20,000 nucleotides of DNA from an uncultured virus (IMG/VR IMGVR_UViG_3300035696_002359) (IMGVR_UViG_3300035696_002359), one strand, 5' to 3'. Positions 7,694 through 16,277 are shown, counted from the stretch's first letter. The notes: a model not told the origin generated them from the letters alone. Numbers and translations: made by a program.

Positions 7694-8367
7694 TGACCAC
7701 ACACAAGCCGTTCGTTCCCAACGCCGTCTTCATCCCGATGACAGACGAGAAAGAAGGCAGGGATTTCGACCGGGAGGACTGCACGCTTCTCTTCGTTGAC
7801 GGCGAGTTCAGCTACGGCAACGTGTTCACCGAGGCGGCGTGGAAGAGCGACGGCGAACCAACCTACATCCAGCGCCGTGGCGACTTCTTCCTACCCGATG
7901 ATTCCGCGATTCCGACTGGCAGGGTGCAACTCTTGCCGGATGTCTGCATCGTCAAGGTTCCAGATCGGGAGTATTGGTGCGAAGCGGTTCAGAAGCTCAC
8001 AACCAGAATCTTCGCCGTCTATGCTTTGGACCGACGGCAACACCATTACCTCTGCGAGATGTGTGCCTCTTATGAACTGTGGTTTATCGAGCATCAATAC
8101 GAGCCGACCGAAGAGGTGGACCAGGACGACGACAAGCGGGAGGAACTGAACGAACTGATTTTGGACGGCAGTCGTTACGAAGAGCGAGTCGTCTATGAAC
8201 ATCGTTGCGATGTTGACCCGATGTTCGGTCGTGGCCGTCGCTGTCGTCCTGGCTGGTTGCCAAAAGGTGACAAGGGCGGCGGATACCGTCTGAGAGGACT
8301 GCGTTCTGTGACGTGGGATGGCGTCATGGAAGAGATTGGCGAACTGCTATGCAACTCGTACATCTGA
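7687..8367 (+). CDS. Hypothetical protein; C-terminal half paralogous to 12191-12658
   Basis: 226-aa ORF overlapping the upstream gene, with a VYALDRRQHHYLCEMCASYEL motif. Confidence 0.75.
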   Translation: MLMTTHKPFVPNAVFIPMTDEKEGRDFDREDCTLLFVDGEFSYGNVFTEAAWKSDGEPTYIQRRGDFFLPDDSAIPTGRVQLLPDVCIVKVPDREYWCEAVQKLTTRIFAVYALDRRQHHYLCEMCASYELWFIEHQYEPTEEVDQDDDKREELNELILDGSRYEERVVYEHRCDVDPMFGRGRRCRPGWLPKGDKGGGYRLRGLRSVTWDGVMEEIGELLCNSYI

Positions 8368-8380
8368 GGAGATTCTCGAA

Positions 8381-8578
8381 ATGGCTGCCGACGTACTGAT
8401 CGAAAATCACGGCTCCGTGGCAGTGTTCACGCCGATGACGCCTGACGCTCACCAATGGGTCGAAGAGTATGTCCACGTCGAACCGTGGCAACGAATGGGA
8501 TGTTCAATCGCCTGTGAGCCTCGTTGTTTGGGACCACTCATCGAAGGAATGCAGCAAGACGGTTTGGTCGTCGAGTAG
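8381..8578 (+). CDS. Small hypothetical protein (65 aa)
   Basis: GAGGAG then ATG 8381; begins DVLIENHGSVAVFTPMT..A..W. Confidence 0.7.
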   Translation: MAADVLIENHGSVAVFTPMTPDAHQWVEEYVHVEPWQRMGCSIACEPRCLGPLIEGMQQDGLVVE

Positions 8579-8649
8579 GTGCCGCATCGTTCGGACCACA
8601 CCGCATACCGTCGAATGACAAACTAACCAACCGATTCAGGAGAGTAATC

Positions 8650-9597
8650 GTGGCAACTCAAGAAGAAATCCGGCAGTCCATCACCGACAGCATTGCGTCA
8701 GCCCTCAAGAGCGATTCCGTCTTGCCCTGGAGGCGCCCGTGGGGAATTAGTCCCAACAGCGGTTTCCCGACCAACGTAGTGTCGAAAAGGCGGTACAGCG
8801 GCGTGAACGTGCTTCTGCTTCGCATGGCCGCAATGACTCACGGGTTCACCAGCAAGTATTGGGCAACATTCAATCAGTGGCGCGAACTCGGCGGCAAGGT
8901 CATGCGTCGGCCCGAGAACGTCAAGCCAGGACATTGGGGGCAGACCATCGTTTTCTTCACTCGGATCACCAAGACGGAAGTGGACCCAGTCACCGGCCAG
9001 GAAGAGGAAACGTCCTTCCCGCTCCTCAAGACGTATTGTGTGTTCAACGTCGATCAGGTCGAAGGACCGTTCGATCATTTGCGAGTGAAGGAGGAGTTGC
9101 TCGCGGTCAATGCGGACTTCGTGGACTACTATCCCGCTGAGGAGACGATCAAAGCCACCGCCGCAGACATTCGCTTCGGCGGGGACCACGCCTTCTACAA
9201 TCGCCGGGATGACAGCATCCTCTGCCCGCCGAAGCATCGGTTTGAGAAGGAAAGCCAATACTACGGCACGATTTTCCACGAACTGGCGCACTGGACCGGC
9301 CACGAAAGCCGCCTCAATCGAGCCGACAAACTTGCCCGTTTTGGCGACAAGTCGTATGCGGAAGAGGAATTGGTGGCCGAAATGGGATCGTGTTTCACCC
9401 TCGCCACCCTGGGTGTTCCCCAGACGGATGATATGTCAAACCACAAGGCTTACGTCGCCAACTGGCTCGAAGCTTTGAACAAAGACAGCCGCTTCATTTT
9501 TCGTGCTGCCAGTGCCGCCAGCAAAGCCGCCGATTACGTCCTTTCGTTCGCGCCGCAGTTCCAGCATGAGCCAGACCTTGCAGAAGTCCCCTTCTGA
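8650..9597 (+). CDS. ardC: ArdC-family antirestriction protein (ssDNA-binding DUF1738 domain plus zincin-like domain)
   Basis: GTG 8650 follows AGGAG. Motifs: ITDSI..AL...LPWRRPW, YSGVNVLLL, WATFNQW, VFNVDQVEG, FHELAHWTGHESRLNR, YAEEELVAEMGS, YVANWL..L. Confidence 0.92.
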   Translation: MATQEEIRQSITDSIASALKSDSVLPWRRPWGISPNSGFPTNVVSKRRYSGVNVLLLRMAAMTHGFTSKYWATFNQWRELGGKVMRRPENVKPGHWGQTIVFFTRITKTEVDPVTGQEEETSFPLLKTYCVFNVDQVEGPFDHLRVKEELLAVNADFVDYYPAEETIKATAADIRFGGDHAFYNRRDDSILCPPKHRFEKESQYYGTIFHELAHWTGHESRLNRADKLARFGDKSYAEEELVAEMGSCFTLATLGVPQTDDMSNHKAYVANWLEALNKDSRFIFRAASAASKAADYVLSFAPQFQHEPDLAEVPF

Positions 9598-9616
9598 GGT
9601 TGGTGGTGTGGTGTTG

Positions 9617-9658
9617 CACGGGGCGGTGGCTCGTAGCCATCGCCCCGTGTGGATTTTT
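9617..9658 (+). terminator. Strong hairpin after ardC, possible intrinsic terminator
   Basis: CACGGGGCGGTGGCT-CGT-AGCCATCGCCCCGTG gives a 15-bp stem with one G-U pair, followed by TGGATTTTT. Confidence 0.55.
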
Positions 9659-9702
9659 GTGGACCGCCTCTTCCATCGTAACAACAACCAACAACGGAGA
9701 TT

Positions 9703-10323
9703 ATGACCATGACCACCACACTTGTTCAACTGGACCTGAAATCAGCCGCAAAGGAAGCGGCAGGGAATTGGCGAACCTTCGGGTCAAACTTTTCGTGGTA
9801 TCGCAAGTACGACCTTGAATCGCCGGAAGACTGGGCGATCTTCTACACCCATCATCGTGACTCGGACCTTCTGGAACTCAGCAACGCAGAGGTTATCAGA
9901 GAAGCGATGCAGCCCTTTTCGGAGGGCGACAATCCCGATGTGGTGTTTGAGTCCCATGATAGCTGGGCGGTTGGCCACGTCGATGGCCTTTCCGTCCTCG
10001 TGTTTCGCCGTGGAAGAATCACCAAAGCCTTTCGGACCTACCACAAACTGACGTTGAGGCTCGCCGATTACCCCATCCTCGACGAAGACGATTATTCGAC
10101 TCGTGTGTACGAAGCGACCCTCGAAAACATCGCCGATTCCGCGCGGCGATTGAAACGGGAATACGATTTGCCGTCGGATTGGACGTTTGAGGTCTACCGC
10201 TGGCTATCGGACCACGATTGTTCGGAAATCGAGAACGACGACGACCGTGGAGGTTATCCGAGCGAAGAATGGGTGCGTCGGGCGTTCACGGCTTTGGGAT
10301 ACAAGCGGACCGAAGAGGAGTAA
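9703..10323 (+). CDS. Hypothetical protein (206 aa)
   Basis: GGAG RBS. Motifs HRDSDLLELSN, SWAVGHVD and LADYPILDEDDYS look like a phage or MGE hypothetical. Confidence 0.8.
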   Translation: MTMTTTLVQLDLKSAAKEAAGNWRTFGSNFSWYRKYDLESPEDWAIFYTHHRDSDLLELSNAEVIREAMQPFSEGDNPDVVFESHDSWAVGHVDGLSVLVFRRGRITKAFRTYHKLTLRLADYPILDEDDYSTRVYEATLENIADSARRLKREYDLPSDWTFEVYRWLSDHDCSEIENDDDRGGYPSEEWVRRAFTALGYKRTEEE

Positions 10324-10325
10324 TC

Positions 10326-10676
10326 ATGAGCAACAAAGAGAATCCATCTGCTGGCCATCTGATTGAGGCGTCCAAGTTGGCGGTGTTCCTCCCTGATGAC
10401 CAACGCCCTGCCTTCGACGAGTGCTTGGGGGAACGCGATTTCGATACGGCCCTTTCGATGCTGGACCGGGCCATCCCCAATGGTGTGGCATGTCCAACTC
10501 AGATTTTCATCCTTAGCGAGACAGACACCGGAGATGCGGACTTGGAGCAGGATACTCCCTATGCCTATTTCGACGAGGAAGACCTGTACGAGATGCGAGA
10601 GAAGCCGGACCTGATTCGGCTTCGAGAGAAAATCGGAGAAGCCCCGGCTGCCCATTCTTGGACGATCTGGGGCTGA
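10326..10676 (+). CDS. Hypothetical acidic protein (116 aa)
   Basis: GAGGAG then ATG 10326, 2 nt after the previous stop. Confidence 0.75.
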   Translation: MSNKENPSAGHLIEASKLAVFLPDDQRPAFDECLGERDFDTALSMLDRAIPNGVACPTQIFILSETDTGDADLEQDTPYAYFDEEDLYEMREKPDLIRLREKIGEAPAAHSWTIWG

Positions 10677-10705
10677 TCCACACACCACACAACAGAGGTT
10701 TCGTC

Positions 10706-11470
10706 ATGGGACTCACCATCCACTGGTCTTTTCAGGGACCGCAAAAGAAATCCGAAGCGACGGCCATCATCGAAAAGATGCGGCAGCGGGCAATGGACCT
10801 GCCGTTCGAGTCAGTCGGCGACATCGTTCACTTCAAGGGCGAGCAAGCCCAGTTTGACCACGATCCACCCAACGGTGAGTACACTTGGCTCAAAATCCAA
10901 GCGCGCGAAACCATCTGGAGCCAAGATGGCAGGACCGGCTGGGATTGTCCTGCCCAAGAGATCGTTGGTTTTCAGATCGACGTGGCCCCCGGAAGCGAGT
11001 GGATGGAGATCTTTCTGGCGACGTATCCCAAGACGATCCAGATCGCGGATGAGCGGACCAGAAGGCTGAAACGACTTCGCACCAACCTTGCTGCTTGCTC
11101 TGGCCGCGGATTCTGCAAGACCCAGTATGCCAGCGATGCCCGTTGCGGTGGCGTTCCCAACTTCCTTCGGGCACACCTTTCCGTCTGCCGCCTCTTGGAC
11201 CACGCCAGGGAACTGGGCATCTTGAAGGAAGTGTCTGACGAGGGGCACTTCTTCGAGAACCGAGACATTCCCGCCTTAGTCAACACGATTGCCGATTGGA
11301 ACGCATTCATCGCCGCTGGGACCGGCGCCTTCGATGAACTTGTCGGCAGCAAGGCGGTGGCCCCAATCAAGGAGTTCCCCGATTTCGAGCATCTTGAAGC
11401 AGAAGGTCAGGACCAAATCGAGGGATTCCTTCGGTGGATCAAGGAAAGGCAACTGGCGGCCAGCAGGTAA
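10706..11470 (+). CDS. Hypothetical protein (254 aa)
   Basis: AGAGG then ATG 10706. Conserved-looking blocks MGLTIHW, GFCKTQYAS, FLRAHLSVC.LLD and VSDEGHF. Confidence 0.8.
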   Translation: MGLTIHWSFQGPQKKSEATAIIEKMRQRAMDLPFESVGDIVHFKGEQAQFDHDPPNGEYTWLKIQARETIWSQDGRTGWDCPAQEIVGFQIDVAPGSEWMEIFLATYPKTIQIADERTRRLKRLRTNLAACSGRGFCKTQYASDARCGGVPNFLRAHLSVCRLLDHARELGILKEVSDEGHFFENRDIPALVNTIADWNAFIAAGTGAFDELVGSKAVAPIKEFPDFEHLEAEGQDQIEGFLRWIKERQLAASR

Positions 11471-11496
11471 AGGAAGACCTAGAAAGGAGAAATGCC

Positions 11497-12015
11497 ATGT
11501 GCCAAGAACCCAACGACCTGGAGGACGACGATTGGGAGGATGACGATTGGGACCGAGATGACTGGGATGACGAATGGGAGGAACCACAAGAGGAACGAGA
11601 AATGAAACCCATCCCTGAAAACGCCAAGGTCGCTTTGATTGGCGTGGTTTTTCGCTACGGAAATGATGAACAACCGTGGCTGGTTCAGGACAACCGCAAG
11701 GCGTTGAAGAACGAGTTTCCGTGTGGCGCGAAAGCCGACGTGCTGAACAAGATCGCCGAAATCCTGGACGACATGTGCAATCCCCCAAGCAAATTGGATC
11801 AGGACAGTGACCCTGCCGAGGTCACGGTGGTGGTGACGTTGCGGGCAAGCCTATGCGATTTGGAGAATCAGGTCAACATCCTGGACCTGCGGAGGGCAGC
11901 AGCCGAGGCCGTGGGAAATGCCGTTCATCATCACGAGGAGGCGGGCTTCGATCACTTCCTCGCCGACATAGTGTCCCTCGGTGTGGTAGAAGTTCGGACC
12001 GTCAGCGTGGAATAG
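11497..12015 (+). CDS. Hypothetical protein with an N-terminal acidic (D/E)xDDW repeat
   Basis: GAAAGGAG then ATG 11497; sequence EDDDWEDDDWDRDDWDDEWEE. Confidence 0.75.
   Translation: MCQEPNDLEDDDWEDDDWDRDDWDDEWEEPQEEREMKPIPENAKVALIGVVFRYGNDEQPWLVQDNRKALKNEFPCGAKADVLNKIAEILDDMCNPPSKLDQDSDPAEVTVVVTLRASLCDLENQVNILDLRRAAAEAVGNAVHHHEEAGFDHFLADIVSLGVVEVRTVSVE
11521..11580 (+). repeat. Degenerate 15-nt coding tandem repeat (about 4 copies)
   Basis: gaggacgacgattgg gaggatgacgattgg gaccgagatgactgg gatgacgaatgg. Confidence 0.7.
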
Positions 12016-12024
12016 GAGGAGATC

Positions 12025-12204
12025 GTGAAGAGAATCTACTACGTCAGCTACACCTTTGGCGCCTCGATCCGTGTCGAAGCCGAAAGCGAAGACGAGGCGG
12101 AAGCCCTGGTCGAGGACATGGAAAACCAGGAACTCATGGACCTTGCCGCCGATGGGTTTGAGATCCAAGGCGTCGAAGAGGAGCGACCACATGCCAATGC
12201 TTGA
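12025..12204 (+). CDS. Small acidic protein (59 aa), missing from the ORF track
   Basis: AGGAGGA then GTG 12025. Translates MKRIYYVSYTFGASIRVEAESEDEAEALVEDMENQELMDLAADGFEIQGVEEERPHANA, with TGA at 12202-12204. It fills the gap between neighbours. Confidence 0.75.
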   Translation: MKRIYYVSYTFGASIRVEAESEDEAEALVEDMENQELMDLAADGFEIQGVEEERPHANA

Positions 12205-12658
12205 AGTATCCGTGCCTCGTAATCGCAGTCGGCGATTGCCCATCGACGCCTATGTGGTTGCATTCTCTGAGGTGGACCACTACCAGATCAGGGAAGAGGA
12301 CCGGCCCCACATTCAAGACATTCGCGGAGTTTACCTTTTCGACCGTCACGAACGAACATTTTGTTGTGAAATGACGCCGAGCTATTGGCTCATCCATCTC
12401 TACGACGAAGTCGTCTTGACCCCAGAAGCTCAGGAAGCACTTGACGAATTGGAGAAGGATACCATCTATCAGGAGTACGAGTATTGCGGCGGTGACGACA
12501 TCTATGTCCACTGCCATACGATCGACGGCATGATCGAAGCTGACAAGCCAAACACCGTTTACCACTACGGTTGGACCGCCGTCAGATACCGCGACTCCGA
12601 CCACGAGGAACAGATGGAAGGATTGAGAGAACATTTCTGCTGCAACCACTGCTTGTAG
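12191..12658 (+). CDS. Hypothetical protein, paralogous to the C-terminal half of 7687-8367
   Basis: GAGGAG then ATG 12191, with a VYLFDRHERTFCCEMTPSYWL motif. Confidence 0.75.
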   Translation: MPMLEVSVPRNRSRRLPIDAYVVAFSEVDHYQIREEDRPHIQDIRGVYLFDRHERTFCCEMTPSYWLIHLYDEVVLTPEAQEALDELEKDTIYQEYEYCGGDDIYVHCHTIDGMIEADKPNTVYHYGWTAVRYRDSDHEEQMEGLREHFCCNHCL

Positions 12659-12670
12659 AAGAGGGAACCA

Positions 12671-12937
12671 ATGCCGATCTTCCGCATCGAGCAATACGAA
12701 ATTCATGTCCAGGGCTACAACGTCACAGCCGACAACGAGGCCGACGCAATCTCCAGGCTGTTTATGGGCGAAGGAGATCCAATTGACAATTCGCTGGAGT
12801 TCGTGGAGATAGCCGACGATCACGGGATGCCAGTGAACGAGAACCGAGACCTCGCGGACCAACTGTTTGATCGAGGCACGATCAACGGCCATGACGAAAT
12901 CATCCCCTCGATTCGTTGCATCGAGGAAGTCGAGTAG
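12671..12937 (+). CDS. Hypothetical acidic protein (88 aa)
   Basis: GAGGGA RBS. YNVTADNEADAI resembles the VEAESEDEA motif of the 12025 gene. Confidence 0.75.
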   Translation: MPIFRIEQYEIHVQGYNVTADNEADAISRLFMGEGDPIDNSLEFVEIADDHGMPVNENRDLADQLFDRGTINGHDEIIPSIRCIEEVE

Positions 12938-12956
12938 TGGACCAGCGGAGAGGAAC

Positions 12957-13904
12957 ATGGAAAAGAACGAAGCCACCGAAATCAACGACGTTGCCCCCAG
13001 CTCACTTTCCCATCTCATCGGGCAGCGCGGAGTAATCGACCAAGTGCGGGTTGCCATCGATGCTGCTCAGATGGACAACAAGAAGTTCGATCATGCCCTG
13101 CTGGTCGGACCACCGGGCATGGGCAAGAGCGCCTTGGCGGCAGTCATCGCCCAAGAGATGGCGACCGACTTCCATGAAGTCTTGGGGCAAAGCATCAAGA
13201 ACAATGCGGACCTCAACGTGTTGTTGCTGGCGGCGAAGGACAAGGATATCGTCCACATCGACGAATGCCACGAGCTTGCCAAGGAGTTTCAGACAGCTCT
13301 GTACCTCGCGGTCGACAAGCGAAAACTCATCATCCAGGGCGGGAAGACGCCGATGACGTTGCCGTTGGCCGACTTCAGTCTGTTGCTCAGCACGACCGAT
13401 GAATATGGTCTTCTCCAACCCTGTCGGGACCGAATGAAGCTCCTGCTTCGCTTTCAGTTCTACGAAGAAGCCGATTTGATCGAAGTGTTGCGGCATCGCA
13501 GCAAGGCCTTGCGATGGACCGTGGGCGACGTCGTTTTGCCGGAGATCGCCAAGCGCGCGAAAGGAACGCCGCGATTGGCACTTCGTCTTTTGCAATCGGC
13601 CCGGCGCTGCGCAAGATCTGAAGGTGACAACGCGATCTCGCTCGAACATCTCCATCGGGCGTGTGCCTTGGAGCAGATCGACAATCTCGGGCTGGGACCG
13701 ACCGAAAGGAAGTACCTCGCCATTCTCACGAACGGTACAACGCGGCTGAACGTTTTGGCGTCGATGTTGGGGCTGCCGTCTCGAACCGTGAGCGAGGTCA
13801 CGGAACCGTTCTTGGTACGATCCGGTCTCATCATCAAAGACGATCAGGGCAGGCGGCAACTGACCCAGAAAGGCATGGACCACTGTCATATTGGCGTCAA
13901 ATAA
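12957..13904 (+). CDS. ruvB: RuvB-like AAA+ branch-migration ATPase (divergent, element-borne paralogue)
   Basis: ATG 12957 follows GGAGAGG. Motifs: P.SL..LIGQ, DHALLVGPPGMGKS (Walker A), HIDECH (Walker B), PCRDRM (arginine finger), KGTPRLALRLL (sensor 2), IDNLGL and EPFLVRSGLI (winged helix). Confidence 0.88.
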   Translation: MEKNEATEINDVAPSSLSHLIGQRGVIDQVRVAIDAAQMDNKKFDHALLVGPPGMGKSALAAVIAQEMATDFHEVLGQSIKNNADLNVLLLAAKDKDIVHIDECHELAKEFQTALYLAVDKRKLIIQGGKTPMTLPLADFSLLLSTTDEYGLLQPCRDRMKLLLRFQFYEEADLIEVLRHRSKALRWTVGDVVLPEIAKRAKGTPRLALRLLQSARRCARSEGDNAISLEHLHRACALEQIDNLGLGPTERKYLAILTNGTTRLNVLASMLGLPSRTVSEVTEPFLVRSGLIIKDDQGRRQLTQKGMDHCHIGVK

Positions 13905-13916
13905 GCGTCAGATTCG
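13891..13916 (+). repeat. TTGGCGTC-N7-CGTCAGATTCG element, first copy
   Basis: Matches TTGGCGTC-N6-CGTCAGATTCG at 14452-14476. Confidence 0.65.
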
Positions 13917-13931
13917 CGACAAAGGACCGTC

Positions 13932-14390
13932 ATGATTGATAAGATCACGCCCGTTGTCTCGGTTGCTGGTATGGCTCGAATGGTGGGGCTCAGTCGCCAG
14001 CGATTTCATCAACTGATGAAGCAAGGCGTCTTCCCAGCCCCCGTCTATGATGTCCGAACCCGCCGACCGCACTACACCGAGGAGATGCAGAAAGTCTGCA
14101 CGGCGGTCAGGGAGAAGAATGTCGGCATCAACGGTCGGGTGGTGCTTTTCTACGCCCGTCGTCCTGGGATCGTGCAACAAAAACAAATCAAATCCCACGG
14201 GTCCGCCTCGCACATGAGACCCCAGAGACATTCTGAGTTGATCGACGGACTCAAAGGGCTGGGACTGACGACCGTCACCGGGCAGCAGATTGAGGCGGCG
14301 CTGAAAGAGCTGTTTCCCAACGGCACCGCTGACGTGGGGGAAGCGGAGCTACTGCGGACCATCTTCGTTCACGTCATGCGACGGCATTAG
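13932..14390 (+). CDS. AlpA/excisionase-like HTH protein with a C-terminal RuvA-domain-III-like helical bundle
   Basis: AAAGGA RBS. N-terminal SVAGMARMVGLSRQRFHQLMKQGVFPAP is AlpA/Xis-type. After a basic linker comes SELIDGLKGLGL..QQIEAALKEL..EAELLRTIF. Confidence 0.7.
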   Translation: MIDKITPVVSVAGMARMVGLSRQRFHQLMKQGVFPAPVYDVRTRRPHYTEEMQKVCTAVREKNVGINGRVVLFYARRPGIVQQKQIKSHGSASHMRPQRHSELIDGLKGLGLTTVTGQQIEAALKELFPNGTADVGEAELLRTIFVHVMRRH

Positions 14391-14402
14391 GCGGAAAATC
14401 AC

Positions 14403-14476
14403 GGGAGAAAATAACGAATTACTCCCCAGTGGACCCACTCTACCGTCAGATTTGGCGTCCATTTCCGTCAGATTCG
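14403..14476. promoter_or_regulatory. Imperfect inverted repeat plus phased CGTC(A) direct repeats upstream of the recombinase (candidate recombination or operator site)
   Basis: GGGAGAAA-N8-TTACTCCC at 14403-14426. CGTCAGATT at 14444, CGTCCATTT at 14456 and CGTCAGATT at 14466. Confidence 0.45.
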
Positions 14477-14488
14477 GAGGGTTAATCT

Positions 14489-15400
14489 GTGAAGAATTCG
14501 GCAGTAAATCATTTCGATGGCATTCTGGTTGGTGAAGCCGAAGACCACCTGTTCGAGGCGTACTTGAACTCGAACGACTATGCACCTGGTTCGCGGCGCG
14601 GGTACATCCTCGACCTTCGTGAGTTTGCCAAATGGTTCACGATGACCAACGGCGAGCGGTTCGTCATCGGCCGAGTCACCACCCGCGACATCACCGATTT
14701 CAGAACGTACCTTCGGCGGGACCGTAATCAAGCCGTTGCCACCATCAACCGCAACCTGACCACGATCCGCAGGTTCTTCGGCTGGTTGGCCGAGCAGGGC
14801 CATGTCGCCGCCAATCCAGGCAAGCCCGTCAAGGATTTGAAGCGAACGGCGCTGGCTCCCAAAGGATTGGACAGAACTCAGGTAAGGAAATTGCTGCGGG
14901 AGATCGAACTCCGAAACGATCTTCGAGCCAATGCGATCTTTTCCGTGATACTCTACACGGGCTGTCGGGTTGGCGATCTTGTCGACTTGGACCTCCATGA
15001 TCTTGTCATTGGCGAGCGAAGCGGCTCGGTTGTATTCAGATATGGGAAGGGGAACAAGCAAAGAGTCTGCCCCTTGCCCGTCGCTGCACGCCAAGCCATC
15101 GCCGCTTACCTTGCACAGCGACCACCCGTTCCATCGGGTCGGGTCTTCGTTGGTGAACGAGGACCATTGACCGACCGTGGCTTTCGGGCGATGTGCGACA
15201 AGTACGGCGCCATCTGCGGCTTCAAGCTGCATCCGCATCTGCTGAGGCACACGATGGCTCATCAGTACTTGGAGGACAATCCCGGTGATTTGGTTGGGCT
15301 TTCTGCTCTGCTCGGGCATGAGTCGCTCAACACGACGGCACGGTACGTCAAGAAGAGCGAAGGGCAGTTGGCCGCGGCCACCGACAAGCTGACATATTGA
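14489..15400 (+). CDS. XerC/XerD-like tyrosine recombinase
   Basis: GGAGG then GTG. SAM-like N-domain with [17 protein letters not shown]. Complete catalytic set: YTGCR (R), GKGNK (K), HLLRH (HxxR), LGH (H) and TTARY (Y). Confidence 0.93.
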   Translation: MKNSAVNHFDGILVGEAEDHLFEAYLNSNDYAPGSRRGYILDLREFAKWFTMTNGERFVIGRVTTRDITDFRTYLRRDRNQAVATINRNLTTIRRFFGWLAEQGHVAANPGKPVKDLKRTALAPKGLDRTQVRKLLREIELRNDLRANAIFSVILYTGCRVGDLVDLDLHDLVIGERSGSVVFRYGKGNKQRVCPLPVAARQAIAAYLAQRPPVPSGRVFVGERGPLTDRGFRAMCDKYGAICGFKLHPHLLRHTMAHQYLEDNPGDLVGLSALLGHESLNTTARYVKKSEGQLAAATDKLTY

Positions 15401-15450
15401 TGGACCATTCCATCCTCCTGCTGCAACGATAATCTCCACTCAAGAGGACA

Positions 15451-15756
15451 ATGATGTCCACAGCCATCGCCAACGGGACTATCGAAGCGGAACGAAAGGC
15501 GGCATCCGATGCTCGTGAGGTTCAGGATGGAGTGAACATCATCGCCATTGTCGGGGCGTTCCATCGACATTTGATTGCAATGCGAGATGCTGGCGTTTGC
15601 GGCGACAATCTCAACAACCACCCCGTCTCCATTGCGTTCATCAGCAAATTGAACTCCCTTTGTCGTCTGACGAATGGGCGCGAGATAGCGGCTCTCATTG
15701 CCATCAACCGCATCGAGAATGGGGAGACCGTGGAATACGAAGTCATCCCGATCTGA
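15451..15756 (+). CDS. Hypothetical protein (101 aa)
   Basis: AGAGGA RBS, co-oriented. Confidence 0.7.
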   Translation: MMSTAIANGTIEAERKAASDAREVQDGVNIIAIVGAFHRHLIAMRDAGVCGDNLNNHPVSIAFISKLNSLCRLTNGREIAALIAINRIENGETVEYEVIPI

Positions 15757-15811
15757 TGGACCTCCTTGCTGAGTGCGATTACATCAACACCCAATTCAAG
15801 GAGACAACGCA

Positions 15812-16225
15812 ATGGCATCGACTCGCTCAATTCGTCAGGGGCAAATCGAAATCGGCATTCTCGAACACGAAGGGCACGAGTTCGTCGCCTATGGAGCAAC
15901 GGTTGTCCGGCGTGACATCACAGCCTACATCAAGTTCAAGCGCGGCCACTATTGGCTCACGTCTTGGGCTGGCGGGACCAAACTCGACTGCCGTTCCGAG
16001 GTAATCGAGAGATTCTGGGATGGCTCACTTGCTCTCATGTTCCGCCTGCCAAAAGGTCGGTTCATTGTCGGCTATGCTCTCGGCGACGATGGCATGTTGT
16101 TTCGGGGCGAGTTGATCGACGGTTGTGACGAAGACGATGCTCGTCATCATGCGATCATGCTCTCGCAGAATTGGGCGGAAGCGGACCAAATCGACGCAGA
16201 GGAGGCAGAACTCGCCGAAGCGTAA
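15812..16225 (+). CDS. Hypothetical protein (137 aa)
   Basis: AAGGAG then ATG 15812. Confidence 0.75.
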   Translation: MASTRSIRQGQIEIGILEHEGHEFVAYGATVVRRDITAYIKFKRGHYWLTSWAGGTKLDCRSEVIERFWDGSLALMFRLPKGRFIVGYALGDDGMLFRGELIDGCDEDDARHHAIMLSQNWAEADQIDAEEAELAEA

Positions 16226-16277
16226 ATGAACGGACCAGCATCCTCGGGCGTTCGGCAGAAACACCAAACGCCCGAGG

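Noticed and set aside
11521..11580. CRISPR-like or non-coding repeat array
   Set aside because: The repeats are in-frame, degenerate and lack spacers, so they form a coding low-complexity tract.
12957..13904. Chromosomal ruvCAB locus
   Set aside because: No ruvA or ruvC is adjacent, the motifs are divergent (HIDECHEL, STTD), and the neighbours are mobile-element genes.
4598..15439. Long minus-strand ORFs (4598-5419, 6685-7434, 8698-9303, 12134-13057, 13002-13889, 14468-15439)
   Set aside because: They are antisense shadows of well-supported plus-strand genes, as expected in GC-rich coding DNA.
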